Positions 24,696 through 39,410 of a stretch of DNA of 64,000 nt are shown here, in pieces. Numbering within the stretch: position 1 is the first letter of the stretch; each line of letters opens with the position of its first letter. Below the pieces are notes generated by a model, which saw nothing but the letters and a program-made list of their open reading frames with translations, searched no databases and was not told the DNA's origin. The DNA is from Lama guanicoe (taxonomy: Eukaryota), in assembly GCA_013239625.1 (NCBI GenBank), contig MU054145.1, positions 43,680-107,679 on the forward strand, read 5' to 3'. The position numbers and the translations under genes were made by a program.

Positions 24696-26499
24696 TTCCG
24701 CTAATTGGATGTGACCTCCCTTGTTTTTAAGAATTAATAGGAAGCACTATATGTTTAATTCATGGAATTTGTCATATTCTGCCTGTGCTATATTAATTAA
24801 TTGGTCTTAAGCCATCTAATTTGGTTTAAACTCTTTAATGGTAAACAGTTGTATTTGTCCAAACACCTAGCTTAATACCCCTTACACAAAGGAAGGATTC
24901 AATGTAGATCTTTGGAGATAAATTTCCTAATTCTTAGTTCTCAATATGCTTTGCCACAGAGTCTGTAGTTTCAGTAGTTATAGGGAAATACACTATTATG
25001 GGGCTTATGTTTTCAACCAAATAATTTATGATGTTAACTAAAAGTTGCAGGTAAAATAGAGGTTAATCATAACGGTCTTCCCAAGCTATACTGTAGAGAA
25101 AGGGGAAGATTTAATTCTTTGCAGAGGGGCTCAACTTTAATCTGAAGCGCTATTTCCAGTAAATATCACTGAATAGGCAAAACTAAAATGGTAAGCTCTG
25201 ACCTGAGTTACAAGGCATGTGAGAAAAAAAAATCTTACAAGTCAGGGAGCCCAGATCTCAGCCTCAATGAACAATATCCAAAGGCTGGTTCTTCAGGTTG
25301 GTGTGTGATGTGTTAACAAGTAGTGAATCAAAGTGCTGAAATGACAGGCAAAATTGCTTGCTTCAGAGAACACCGATAATATTCTGTTGAAACTGATGAC
25401 ATTCAAAGTAGCAAATTCAAAAGCAATTTCAATGTGCCTCTAAGTAATTATAAAAATACATTTTATGATAATGTAGCTGAGGCAAAAGTCCATTTATTGG
25501 ATGATCAAAACCTCAGCATCCAATTTGCCCACCCTGCAAATATAGCGTCTTATCAATATAAAAAATTCTTTTTGAACACATGAAGTAATGATTACTAGTC
25601 TCAAAAAAGAATTTTTATGTTATATATTTATTTGTTTTTGTAGCTTTTTAAGATGCATAGTCAAGTACTGTAAGACAGTTCCAAAACATTTCTTTCTTCC
25701 TTGTCAAAACAAGGTATGTCTGTTTCTACACTTCTCTCTTTATTTTCTCATAAGATGTTGTAAGAAAATAGCAATTTATTGCAAAAGTATGCCCATTATT
25801 AATCCACTTTGAAAAAATTATACATTGAGAATATTCTCTGAGTCTCTCCTTGGTTAATAGTTCTGCATTTTATTGCCTATATCACAATTATTTCTATTTT
25901 TCGTGATTCCTTTAGTTGGTTATAGATTTAACATTTAGTTAGTTCCTTCAAAAGTAATTGATTAGTATGTGTGAGGCCCATGAACCAGACTCTGGGATCA
26001 GAAAGACTAACAGTATTACACGAGAAATACCTCCCCCTACTCTGAAGTTTCCATAAGGAGCGAGTTTTACCTAAGCACGTTCTGGGACTCTCTCCTCACC
26101 TTTAATCACTGTGGTTGGGAAGCAGGGATGACTTGTTTGATAGCTAAATTTGGAAATAATAACTAGGAATGCATAAGCTGTCCCCTTCTTTTTTTGTGTA
26201 CAGGTGAGTTATCTCCCAGAGTCGCCAGTTCTCCTCGGCCCTGCCTCAGTTCTTAACCTGAGCAATTGCTTCTGTGTACAGTAGGCAAATCTGGCCCTGG
26301 AGTGACTGTGATGGGATGGGTAACTCTGCCTAATTTTAGGGTTCACCTAACATGTCCGTTTGTCTCTTGCAATATGTTACATCTTCCAACTTAGCCACTG
26401 TCGGTAATAAAAGCAATTGGTTGGGTGCCAGTTTTACCATTTGTTTGATTCTAAATGTTTTCAGTATCTGGGTGGAGAATATGAGTACTTTTTATGGGG

Positions 26500-28140
26500 G
26501 GCTCTCTCCAGGATCCCAACAAGTAAGAAATGGTTCTTGCCTTTCTAATCTAAATGGGTCGATATACATGAAAGATTATAAAATGAAGGATAAATACACT
26601 GATATATGATTAAAGTGTGTTATGTGTGTGGAGGCCTGGGGTACAGCATGCATAACATCTTAAGAGAGAACCATCAAGGTTCACGTGGGGACTACAACTT
26701 ACAACAAGTTTGGTGCTGCTAGAAATTAACAGTATGAGGTAGGGGAGGGTTTAAAATAAGACTAGGCAGGGCCTTATATGCTGTGTCAAGAAGTTTGCAC
26801 TTTATTTTGACAGGGATAGTAAAATACTGAAAGTTTGAGCATGAGAGTGACTTGATCAGATTTGGTCATGGCTTCTCTTGTTGGTATATATAATGGATTG
26901 GATATGGAGAAGAGTGGAGACAGGGAGACCATTTAGGAGGCTATTGACAGTAGTATAGGCAAAAAAAATATATATATATATATATGGAATAATTAAATAA
27001 TAGCAGTAAAGACCAAAGGAGGAAATGATTAGCAAAATCAACATGATTTCATAATTGAACAACTGGGGTGATGACAGAGAATGAGAAATCCAGGGTGATT
27101 CTCTGTTCTCTAGGTTGTATAATGCATTGATCATACTGTCATCAACTAAGAAAAATTCAAGAAGAGGAAATACTTGGGGCAATGATAATGAGCTTTAATT
27201 TTGGGAATGTTTGAATTTGGTGCCTCTATGGGAAATCTAGGCTTGAAATGTCTCCAGATCCTTAGATAAATGATGTCAAATGTTCGAGGGGAAGTTATAG
27301 TTCGAAACTTGTATTTGGGAGTTATCAACCTAAAGATAGGGAATAGATAAAGTCAAATGGAAATGTGTAGTATTAGACAAGTTTTTGACCAATGATAAGA
27401 CTCTCATCAATACCATCATTTAATTGGTAGATGTTGGAAGATGAGCCCCTGAGGGAGACAGACAGAAAGCAGTCAAGAAAGCACAGTGTCACGGAAACCA
27501 AGGGAGTAGAAAATTTTAAAAATATAGGACCAATAAATAGTGATGAATATAGTAGAGAAATCTAGTAAGGTAAAGACTGAAAAAAATATGCACTGGGTTT
27601 TACATTTTTGATGTCATTTAAAACCTTAATGAAAGTAGTTCTGACTGGAATGTTTTGGACAAAAGCCAGATGAAAGAGAAATAAGAGAATGGAGAAATGA
27701 AGTAAACAAGAGTGAATATAAATAACAATTTTAAGAAGTTTGCATGAGAATGGGAGAGGGGGGAGTGATTGAAAAGTAGCTAAAGGGAGCAAGTATTAAA
27801 AGTATTATTTATTTTTTTCTTATAAGATACCTTAACACTTTTATGTAATGATGGACAGGAAATTCAGAAGGCAGAGAAATTAATGATACAGAGAAGAGAG
27901 AGTGATTGAATGGATTAAGGTCCCCAAGGAGATGAGTTAGGGGATGGGATCAAAGGCACAAAACAGGGTGGCCTTGAAGAAGAAAGGATATCTTTGAGAC
28001 TGTGGTGGAATGTTGAAATGGATCATGACAGATGGTTGCAAATTTTTCCATATTCTTGAAAGCTAGATTATCTGATGAAAGTGAGGGTTGAGGATGCATT
28101 CGGGGGCTTGAGGAGAGGGTAGAGAGTTCATAAAATATTG
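26500..28140 (-). mobile_element. Degraded L2 LINE fragments
   Basis: Purine-rich L2-like motifs (aagaagtttgcactttatt, ggagaccatttaggaggctattg, cacagtgtcacggaaaccaaggga). Confidence 0.6.
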
Positions 28141-28164
28141 ACTAGAAATAAGTAATTTGCCAAC

Positions 28165-28795
28165 TGTAGTGTATATACATCTATTGTTTTTGCTTTCCAT
28201 AATTTCCCTCTGGTTATCAACTCCTCTGCCACCTCAACTCTGACCTTGCACCTTGGCCAAATTTGTGATGTAGGCTTAAGCCAGTAACTTCATTGATTCA
28301 TTGATTAGTTTAGAGATTGTCTTAGATCTCAATATAAGTCAATCAGAACATGTCTTTAGACTTACCAGCGTGTCCAGAGAGAGAAAGAAGGTGTGCTTGT
28401 CCTCAGGGACCCATCAAAGAGTTACATGAGCTATACATCGCCCATCTTCAGGGGCCCTATATATATTGACTGTAGCATGAATGGTGCCACCTGGAGTTTT
28501 GCAGCATGGCTCTGCCTGATCTCTTATTGGGATGTGGTTTGTAAGGACATAAGTCTATGTCTACCAGAAGCCATCATGCCATCACTAGGAAAGACCCTGT
28601 CTGAGGATGAAACAACACAGATTAGAGAAAGACACAAACCAGGGACCAGTGGCCTCATTCAAGCCTCTGCTTTAAATTACTCCGAAGCTCAGATCTATCC
28701 CAGGATTTTCCATTCATTGGACATTAACATAAAAATCCACTCCTTTACTTTCATATACCAGTTGGATTCAAGTTTCTGGCACTTGCACAACCACA
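28165..28795 (+). mobile_element. Old MaLR LTR remnant (MLT1J/K-like)
   Basis: gcttaagccagt, aagtcaatcagaa, gccatcatgccatc, ccagttggattcaagtttctggcacttgcacaacc. Confidence 0.4.
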
Positions 28796-29229
28796 CATTT
28801 TATTTAAAAACGACTGTTGTCTGCTGTCAGTTGTCTCTGAATTAATAGAAGGGAAAATCTTCATTTGCTAATTTACTTCAAATGCCCCTAGCAGAGTTCT
28901 GTTCTCACAGAGAGAGAGGTAATAAATGCCTTAGGATATGAATATTACTGTTCTCTATCCATTTTCATCCATAGAAACAGAAGAAATAATACAAATAATG
29001 TTAAATTATGATAACAATTTTTGTGATTTTCTTTTGTTTGACTTTTCTTTCCTGCTTCATTTGACACTTGAAGTTAGTTAAATGAGAAAATGAATATGCT
29101 ATTCCTTCTATGCAAAGGTGATGCTGCCAATTCATTGGCAGGGTAAGTTCTTGTCGCTGTTTACATCATGGTTCTCTCTGGGATGCTAGTATAAAAAGGA
29201 GACGTTATAAGATAGAGATGGCCTTACTC

Positions 29230-29499
29230 CTGTCCCTCAAATATGTCAAGCTTATTCTTGCATGGGAGCCATTACACTTCTTGTTTCCTGTGCTTTTAGT
29301 CCCAGATCTTCAAATGAAAGTCTCTTTCTCCTAGTTCAGGTCACAGCTCAAATGCTGCCTCCTCAGATAGCTTTCCCTGACCATTCTAGCCAAGTAGCAT
29401 CTTTATTTCCAGCCAGTCTCTGTCCTCTTATAGTCTTTATTTTCTCTAATAGCTTCTAATATTTATTTGTTAATTAGATGTATATGTGTAGCTATGTAC

Positions 29500-29543
<44 letters not shown>

Positions 29544-29670
29544 CTTCCCTACTAGAAAATGAGCTCCAGTGAGGAGGAGGACTTTGTCTTGATTTCTGCT
29601 GGATTCACCAGCCTCTCTAAAAGTGTATTGACACATGTAAATCACTCAATAAATCCTGGTTAAATGCATA
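29230..29670 (+). mobile_element. L2 3' end with an internal (TG)n/(TA)n microsatellite (~29500-29542)
   Basis: cagctcaaatgctgcctcctcaga, ctagaaaatgagctcc...gaggactttgtct, cactcaataaat. Confidence 0.7.
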
Positions 29671-31663
29671 ACTGAGCTATATACATGACAAGATGAAGCA
29701 AATGCAAAAACACAACACTGACAATAAAAGACCATGATTTGTCAGGTATTATATGGCCACAATATACCTATCTATCTGAACTGCCATTTCATTGATGTTA
29801 TAGCATTCTGAGGAGACAGAGGAAAGATCTTGCTTCTTATTTAAAAAAAAAATGTTTTTGATCTTACTTATTTACCAAAAGTATTATCTCCTCTGGGGGA
29901 AAATGTCCCAAAAATTTAGACTAATATTTAAGTGACGATATATGTTTAAAAGTATTTTGGAAACTACATCATTCAAATATTGGTTATTACTTTTATGTTA
30001 AATTAGTGTTAGAAGAATTGTCACAATGTAAAGATAAATGTTAGCTGTTTCCTCTCTTGGATGCCTCTCTTATTTGGCATGCCTTTATTACAGCACTTAT
30101 CACATAATGTTGTAAATATTAGCTGGACACCACTTAAAAATACAGATGTAGTCTTTAATATTCATGACTAGTGGATTTAGCAGTTTTGCATTATTTTATG
30201 TAAGTGCTTCTTTGGGGCCTCAAAGACCCAATAATCCTAAAAGAAAATGTCATTTAACAAAACAGTACTCAACTTCCCCCATCACTCTTAATATACATTT
30301 GAGACCAACTTAGAGTTGTGTCATTTGCCTGAGGGAAGAGAGCTGCTGAATTGCCTAGACAAACGACTGTTGACTTAATCAAAGGCTATACATTGATGAG
30401 CATCATTCTTTTTGAAATGGAGGGACTTTAGAGTATCTTCCACTCTTTAGAAATGGGAGCAAGGGCACAGGCACCAATGTGTTCAAGTTTAAAAACTTCA
30501 TCCAGTTTGAATCTTAGGTTATTATGTATTTTCTAGGTTTACCTTTGATGATAATATTTATCATTTGTAGATCCTATAAAAATAAATATACACTTATATC
30601 ACTAAGATTTCTCCATTTTTTTGTTGTTTTCAAATAGAATCTGATTAATAAGGCCCAATACTACCTCTCCAAAACTGCTAAAGTGAAATCTGTCCAGACT
30701 CAGATAAATGTGAAAACTTATAACAACACCTAAAGTTGATACTGACAGTCCTCATGATGCCATATTTGGGGAAGATTTTCCAGTACCATCATTTTTTTTA
30801 ACTGAACCAAGAATAATTATAGTGTGTGACACATATTTTGTTACTTGGAATTGTGTAAAACTTGAAAACCTAACAGGGATAATTTTCCTTCCTTATAGCT
30901 TGAGCCTTGGGTCAAAAATGAAGAATTTGTCCCATCTAGAAAATTGCATTATCCGTCCTTTAAGTCAAAAGTAACAATTTTTGAGGTAACCGGAAAATGG
31001 TTCTAACTCCTTCCAACCCCACCAAGAAACTCCATCAGTGTAAATAATGAGAGGGATTGAACTAGCAGATTGCTTTCTGAGTGGTTTATTCCCAATATGT
31101 TAAGTGGCAATACTAGATAAGAGACTGATAAAACCTGGTCATAGTGCATGTTTGAGATGAAAGAGTTTCATACATTATGCTGAGTCAGTGTCAGAGAAAT
31201 AGTGTATGGAGAGGAATGTTAAGCTTTAATTCAGCAGAAATGTACTAGATTCCTGACAAACATGGAGAAGTGGCTTACGACTTCCTTGAATGCCTGATAG
31301 AATGTATTTAAAACATATGGACATTCAGTAAAATGATTGAATATAAAATAAATATATACATAATATTTTTGCATTATGTGGCATCACTCACCATTTAGAA
31401 AGCATTAAGTCACTCAGTCAACAAATATTTATTGAATGTTATCTACAGGGCACTGTGAAGATTCTAAAAAAAATTCTGTGCAAAACAGAAAAAATAGAGG
31501 CAGCCTAAAATGAACTGAATAAGGAATGTAAAGACCTGTAAGAAGAAGACCAGAAAAGTGAAACAAAACAAACAAACAAAGACGTCTGCTGAATGAAAAA
31601 TATAGACTTAAGTATAGGGTAAGAGATTTTGTTTCTTTTTATAGGAAGCGTAAAACTATAAAG

Positions 31664-32464
31664 ATGTAGTAGGCAGAATAACACCTCCTGCATCCCCAAT
31701 TATATCCTTATCCTAATTCCGGGAACCTGTGAATGTATTATCTTACATGGCAAAGAAGAATAAAGGCTGCTGATGGAGTTAGGATTACTAATCATCAGAC
31801 TTTAAAAGATGGAGGTGATCCTGGATTATTTGGGTGCGCCTAATGTAATAACATTATGTTAACTACGACTCCCACTTTTTCCTACCACTCCTGCTTCAAC
31901 CTTATAACTGCCCTTGGAACAAAACCACAAGTGGAACTGGGATGGGGTGGAGTTAGGATTACTCTCTGGGCTGAAATCAACGTAATGGAATGAAAAGTGA
32001 ATGACACCCTGCATTCAGAGAACTGGGCTCTAGTCCAAGTTCTACAGTGAGCAGCCCTATAGAAAAAGAAATCGTTAAGTCGAAAGTGTGATCAAATAGA
32101 TGATACCTGAGAAGGACTCAACCAGCTGTTGAATGGCTCTGAAGATGCAGGAAGGGACCCCAAGCCAAGGAATATGACAGCCTCTAGAAGTGGGGAATGA
32201 CCGTCAACAGACAGCCAGCAAGAAAATGGGAACCTCTGTCCAAAAATCACAAGGAGCTTAATGCTACCACCAATCCAAGTGAACCAGGAAATGAATCCTT
32301 CCCTAGAATATCCAGAAAGGAGTGCAGCCTTGCCAAAACCTTGACTTTAGCCCAGTGACATCCACTTCAGACTTCTGACCCGTAGAACTGTAAGACAGTA
32401 AATTTGTGTTGGTTTTGATGTTAAATTTGTGATAATTAACAGCAACAACAGAAAACTAGCACAA
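31664..32464 (+). mobile_element. MaLR LTR (MLT1D-like) with ~220 bp of unrelated internal sequence
   Basis: tgtagtaggcagaataa, gaacctgtgaatgt...ttacatggcaaa, cagcctctagaag, cagacttctgacc...agaactgtaaga. Confidence 0.75.
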
Positions 32465-32929
32465 AAGCTATGAATTCTTTCCAAATTAATTTACAGCATT
32501 TAAACTACTAGTCTAACCAGAGTCCCAAGGGGATTTTTTTTCAATTTTACAATTATCACCCTAAAATTAATCTAAAAGGATATATGAGAACAAGTATAGT
32601 CAAAAGTTTTTGAAATAGAAAAGTAATAAAGACAATGTTTAAAACCTGTTAAATATATTAAAATGCTACAATAATTAAGACATTCTGGAAGTAGCACTGG
32701 GACTAGGCAAATTAACAGAAAATAATTGAGTGGGCATGATTTTTTTCTTGATATACTAATAATCATAATATATGAAAACTCTATACAAATCAATAAATGA
32801 AGAATGAACACATCAATAGAATATTAGTAATTGACACAAACATGAATATATTAAAAAATCTTAGTTTTAATAAGAACAATGAAAATTAAAATTATGTTTA
32901 TCAAGATTTTAAAGTACTCATATGTTTGT

Positions 32930-35900
32930 TTTATTTTATCGTAAGGTTTAGAATTTTAAACATTTTTAAGACTATTAATTCAGTGGCCTTAGTATAGTCC
33001 TAATGTTGTGCAACCATTCCCACTATCCATTTCCAGAATATTTTCATCATCTTAAATGAAGATATATACCTATTAAACAACACCCCTTCTCCCCTCTTCA
33101 CAGCTCCCAGTCAACTCTATTCTACTTTCTGTTTCTATGAATTTGCCTAATCTATATACCCTCTATAAGTATAATCATATAATATTTGTCCTTTTGTGCA
33201 TGGCTTATTTTACTTAGCATAATGTCTTCAAGGTTCATCCATGTTGTGATATATATCAGAATTCTCCCTTTTTTAAGGCTGAATAAATATTCCATTGTAT
33301 GTATAAGCCACATTTTGTTTATCCATTCGTCTGTCAGTGAACAGTTGGGTTGTTTCTACTTTTTATAACTTTTAGATATTGTGAATAATGCAGTTATGTT
33401 GGTGTGTAAGTATCTGAATCCCTATATTTTCAGTTTATAACTAGAAGTGAAATTGCTGATCATTTGGTAATTCTATGTTTAAATATTTGAGGAACCACCA
33501 TTTTGTTTTCTACAGCAGCTTTGCCAGTTTACATTCCCACTAGCAATGCACAAAGGTTCCAGTTTCTCCATATATTAACCAACACTTTTTATTTTGAATT
33601 TAAAAAAAAATAATAGCCACTGTAATGTGTGTGAAGTGTTATCTTATCTGAATTTGATTTACATTTTCTTAATGATTGATAATGTTGAACATCAGTTTTA
33701 GCCCTTAGGGAAGGTCTTTGATCCATTTTGAGTTAAAAATTATATACAGTATAGGGGTCCAGCTTCATTTATTTGAATATGGATATTGCACTATTTGTTG
33801 AAAATACAACCCTTTCCCTATTGAATGGTTTTGGTACCCTTGTCAAAAATCAGTTGGCCAAATATATGAAGGTTTATTTCTGGGATCTCTATTCTATTAA
33901 TTGATCAATATATGCGTCCTTATGCCAGTACCACACTATTTTGATTACCTTTGATTAGCTTTGTAGTAAGTTTTGAAATTAGGAAATAGGAGTCTTCCAA
34001 CTTTGTTATTCATTTTCAAGATTGTTTTGGTTATTCAGGCTTCCTTGAGTTCCACAAGAATTTTGGAATGGGTTTTCCTATTTCCAGAAGATGCCATTGA
34101 AATTTTTATAGGGATTTCATTGAATCTGTAGATCACCTTAGGCAGTATTTTTTATCTCATTTTCTTAATTTCCTTTTTGAATTGTTCATTGTGTATAGAA
34201 ATGTAACTGGCTTTTACATGTTGATTTTGTATCCTGTAGCTTGTTGAATTTCTTTAGTAGCTTCATATCATTTTATTGTGGAATCATGGTTTTCTACATA
34301 TAGAATCATGTGACCTGAAAAAAAGATAATTTCTTCCTTTCTAATTTGGGTGACCTTATTTCTTTTTCCTGCCCAGTTGCTCTGGCTAGAAGTTCCAGTG
34401 TTATACTGAATAGAAATGGCAAAGCAGGCATTCTTGTCTTGTTCCTGATCTCAGGAGAGAAGATTTTAACATTTCACCATTGAGTATTATATTAGCTCTG
34501 GATTTTTTTGCATAACTTTATCATGATAAGGAAGTTTCCTTGTATTCTTAGCTTATTAAGTGTTTTTCCAGAAAGGCTGATGAATTTTGTTAAGTGCATT
34601 TTCCAGCATCGAGATGATTGTGTAATTTTTCTTCCCTTCATTCTATTAATGTGGTATATTGCGTTGATTGATTTTTATATGTGGAACCATCCTTGCATTT
34701 GGGAAATATATCCCACGTGGTCATGATGTATAACCCTTTTAGTATGCTGCTGTATTTGGTTTGCTAATATACTGTTGAGGATATTTACATCAATATTAAT
34801 AAGAGATATTGTTCTGTACCTTTCTTTTCCTGTAGTGTCTCTCTGGTTTTAGTATCAGGACAATGCTGACCTCATGGAGTGGATTAGGAAGTGTTCTCTT
34901 CAATTTTTTTGAAGAGTTTGAGGAAAAATGATGTTAATTCTTCTATAATGTTTAGTAGAGCTCACCAATGAAGCCACCTGGTTCTGGACTTTTCTTCATT
35001 GGGAGGTTTTTGAGTACTGATTCTGTCTCCATACTTGTCTATAGTTTTTTCCCTTTTTATGAATCAGTTTTGTAAATTATGTGTTTCAGGAAAATTTCTA
35101 TTTCATCTGGACTATCCAATTTGTTGACATATAAATATTCATAATATTCTCTTATAATCCTTTCATTTCTATAAAATCAGTAGTAATGTCTTCACTTTCA
35201 TTTTAGAGTTTAGTAATTTGAGACTTTTATTTTAGCTTTATTCAGGTATAATTGGTATACAAAAAATTGTATACGTTTAATGTGTACATTTTGTAAGTTT
35301 GGGCATATACACACACCCATAATACCATCACTGCAACCAAAATACTAAACATATCCATCATTCCCTAAAACGTCCTTGTATTCTTTGTGGGGTTTTTTTG
35401 GGAAGAACACTAACATGAGATCTAATCTCTTAATGTATTTTAAAGTGCACAATGCTGTATAGTTAACCATAGGTTCTAGGTTGTATAGCAGATCTCTGGA
35501 ACTTACTCATCTTGCATAACAGAAACTTTATACTCATTGTAAAACAGTTACTCATTTCTCCCTTCCTGTAGCCCCTGGCAACCATCATTCTTTTCTCTGC
35601 TTCTGTAAGTTTGACAGTTTAGATAACCTCTTACAAGTGGAATCATGCATAACTTGTATTTCTGTGACTGGCTTTTTTTCACTTAGCATAATGTCCTCTA
35701 GTATTTCCTTATTTTTAAATGCTGAAAATATGAAAATATTCTATTATGTATATATATATATATATATGATTCATTTCTCTGTCTATTTATTTGTCAGTGG
35801 GCATTTAGGTTGTTTCCATATCTTGACTATTGTGTATAGTATTGCAGTGAACATGGTGGTACAGATATCTCTTCCAGATCCTAATTTCAATTCTTTTGGA

Positions 35901-38900
35901 TGTGTACCCAGAAGTGGGATTGATGGATAATATGGGAATTCTATTTTGAATTTTTTAAAGAACCTTCATATTGTTTTCCATAGTGGCTGCATCATTCTAC
36001 ATTCCTGTCAACAGCATATAAAGGTTCCAATTTCTCTACGTCCTAACAGTTATTATCTTTTTTTCCCCCATAATAGGCATCCTAAGAGATGTGAGTTGAT
36101 ACCTCATTGTGGTTTTGACCTACATTTTCACTGATGACTAATAATGTTGAGTCCCCAAAATTTGTCAATTTTGTTGATCTTTTCCAGAAGCCAGTTTTTG
36201 GTTTTTTATTTTTCTCTGTTGTTTTCCTCTTCTCTATTCTGTCTTTCTCTGTTCTAATATTTATTATTTCTTTTCATCTGCTAACTTAAGATTTAATTTG
36301 CTCTCATTACTCTAGTTCCCTCAGATGTAAAGTTAGATTATTGATTTGAGATCTTCCTACTATTTAAATATGCATTTATAGCTATAAAATTTCCTTTTAA
36401 CATGCTTTTGGAGCATCTCATAAGTTTGATATGTTGTATTTCATTTTCATTTATCTCAAGGTATTTTCTAATTCCTCTTGTGTTGTCCCTTTTGACCCAT
36501 TAGTTGTTTAAGAGTGTGTTGTTCAATTTCTACATATTTAAAAAAAATTCCCATTTTCCTTGTTATTGATTTCTAGTTTCATTATATTATGTTCAGAAGG
36601 TATACTTTTATGCTTTCAGTCCTTTTAAATTTATTAAGACTAGTTTTATGGCCTAACGCATGGTCTGTTCTGGGGAATATTCTACATGGACTTGAGAAAA
36701 ATATGTATTTTGCAGTTGTTGATTGTTGATTGCAGTTGTTGTTATTTTGTATATGCCTGTTAGGTCCAGTTGATCTGTAGCGTTGAGTTCAAGTCCTCTA
36801 TCTGCTTTCTGATCTTTTGTCTGGTTGTTCTATCCAGAATTGAAAGTGGGGTATTGAAGTCTCCAATCATTATTATGTTGCTGTCTATTTCTCTTTTCAA
36901 TTCTGTCAGTTTGTTTCATGTTTTGGTGCTCTGGTGTTTGGTACATATGCTGTAATTGTTAGATCTTCTTGGTGAATTAAACCTATATCAATATATAATG
37001 TCCTTTGTTTATTGTAACAGTTTTTGGCTTAAACTGTCTTTTTCCTGATATTAATATACCCATTCACCCCTGGTCTCTTTTGGTTATCGTTCACATTAAA
37101 TATCTTTTTGTCTATGTTTACTTTCAATATATTTGTATTTTTAGATCTAAAGTGAATTTCTTGTACATAGCATATAGCTATATCATGTATTTTTATCCAT
37201 TCTACCAGTTTACCCCCTGTATTATGGCTATTTCCTATTTGTTTTATTTATGTCTTATAGGTTTTTTTAATACCTAATTATCTCAATTATGGCCTTTTGT
37301 GTTTAGTTGATTCTTTCTATTGCAAAGTTTTAGTTATTTTCTCATTTCCTTTTGTGTATATGTTACAGACATTTTCTTTCTTCTTACAATGAGGATTATC
37401 TATAACATACTAATTTGCCCATATACTTACCCTTACTGGATATGTTTATATCTTCATATGGCTTTGAATTTCTATTGAGTGTCACTTCATTTCAACCTTA
37501 AGAACTCCCTTTAGCACTTCTTGTAGGGAAGATGTAGTGACAAAGAGCACTCTCAGTTTTTATTTTTCTGGGAATATCTCTCTCATGTTTGAAGGACATT
37601 TTTGCTGGATGTATAATTCTCATTTAACAGGTTTTTTTCCCAATGTTTAAATATATTGCCCTGTTGCTTTCTGGTCTGCAAGGTTTCTGCTGAGAAATCC
37701 ACTGATAAACTTATTGAGAATTTGTAGTATGTAAATGAGTTGTTTCCCTTGATACTTTCAAGTGTCTTTGTCTTTTAACAGTTTGTAATGTGTCTTGGTA
37801 TAGATCTCTTCGGATATATCTAATTTGGAGTTCACTGAGGTTTTTGGATTTGTAGATTCATGTCTTTCCTCAAATTTAGGAAGTTTCAACCACTATTTCT
37901 TCAAATAATCTTTTCTGTCCTTTCTTTTTCTCTTGTCTCTCTGGAGTTCTTGCTTATATTGATCAGCTTGATGATGTCTCACAAGTCCCTTAGGCTGTCT
38001 TCACCTTTCCTTTTTTTCTTTTTTATGTCAGACTTGATGATTTCAACTGGCATATCATTAAGTTCACTGCTATTTCTTTTCCGTGATTAAATCTGCTGTT
38101 GAAACTCTAGTAAATTTTTTATTTCAGTTATTGTACTTTTCAGCTCAAGAATGTCTATTTCATTCCTTTTTATAATTTCTTTCTCTTTGTTGATGTTCTC
38201 ATTGTTCTTGTATCCTTTTCTTGATTTCCTTTAGTTCTTTGTGTTTTTCTTCAGCTCTTTGAGCATGTTAAGACAGTTGTTTTAAATTCTTAGCCTAGTA
38301 AATCTATGTCTAGGCTTTTTCATGAATAATTTCTGTCAGTTTATTTTATTACTTTGAATGAACCATGTTTCTTTTTTTCTTTGTATCCTTTATGATTTCT
38401 TGTTGAAAATTGGGTATTTAATTATTATAATGCAATAACTGTGAAAATTAGATAAATTTCCTTCCCTATGGTTTGCTGTGTTTGTTTTGTTTTGTTGATT
38501 GTTGATGGCTGTAGTATGTCTTAAAATTGTTCCAAAACTTTTTTTTGCAAAGGCTATTCCTTGTCATATATATGAAGTCTCCATTTCCTTAGCTCATATT
38601 CAGCTAATGTTTTGACAGATGTTTCAAGGAAATATCTTGAATGAAAGGAGCTGAAATTGACAAACAAAAGTTCCAACCCCGTCCCCCCAAAAAAAGAGTG
38701 AGCAACCTCCTCTCTGTCTTGCTGATTGTGTTTGTGCTGGAGCAGTTCTTTACCATTTAGCTGTATTTGAGCCTAGGAACCAGATGGAAGCTGAAGATCT
38801 TCTCAAGCATTTTCTGAGTATGCATTCTGTTTGGACCATCATTTGGTTTTCAAGGTTTTCCCACATATGTTGCTGCTTTCGAATGTTCTAATTTCCCAGA

Positions 38901-39410
38901 GTCACACCCCAGATTATATGGACCTTAGATGGTCTGTTGTGTCTTCACTCAGAATCTTATGCCCCAGGCATATGTAGGTATATAGTCTCATTGTAGTTTT
39001 TATGAGAAGTGCCTAAGACTTTTCCAGCCTGTGTTCCAAGTTATATGAGACAGAGATGAGTGAGTCAGGTCTTCAGGTATCCCTAGACAGTGTAGAATAA
39101 ATACACAGTAATTTTCAAATAAGATATGCTATGCTCTTGCTGGTTCAAGATGTGGGCCTAGGAACTGGTTTGCTGCTGCTCAAGACCAGGAACATCTCAG
39201 CCACACCATGGAGGGTGAAAATTCCACGAAACTTTCCAACAATTTTGAAGATGGCTTTTTCTTGATTGAATGTTTGCTTAGTTGCCATAAATCTCTGATT
39301 GCTTTTTAGAGCTCCTACAAAATTTTTTTTCAGACAGCTTATGGTTGATTTTTTTGTTATATTTCTGTAGGTGAACAGGAGTTACTTGCTCTGCCATTTT
39401 GCTAATCTGT
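32930..39410 (-). mobile_element. Old, internally deleted near-full-span L1 (L1MB-like)
   Basis: Continuous antisense 3' UTR, ORF2 (cttgtcttgttcctgatctcagg), ORF1 (aggtttctgctgagaaatccactga) and 5' end (ctgccattttgct) motifs. Confidence 0.8.
35225..36150 (-). mobile_element. Nested 5'-truncated L1 3' end within the older L1
   Basis: A new 3' terminus (ttttagctttattcaggtataattgg) interrupts host ORF2, which resumes at ~36160 (tttgtcaattttgttgatct); similar to 19690-20050. Confidence 0.75.

Noticed and set aside
28393..28845. 150-aa ORF
   Set aside because: GTG start, lies in a probable old LTR remnant, no recognisable domain
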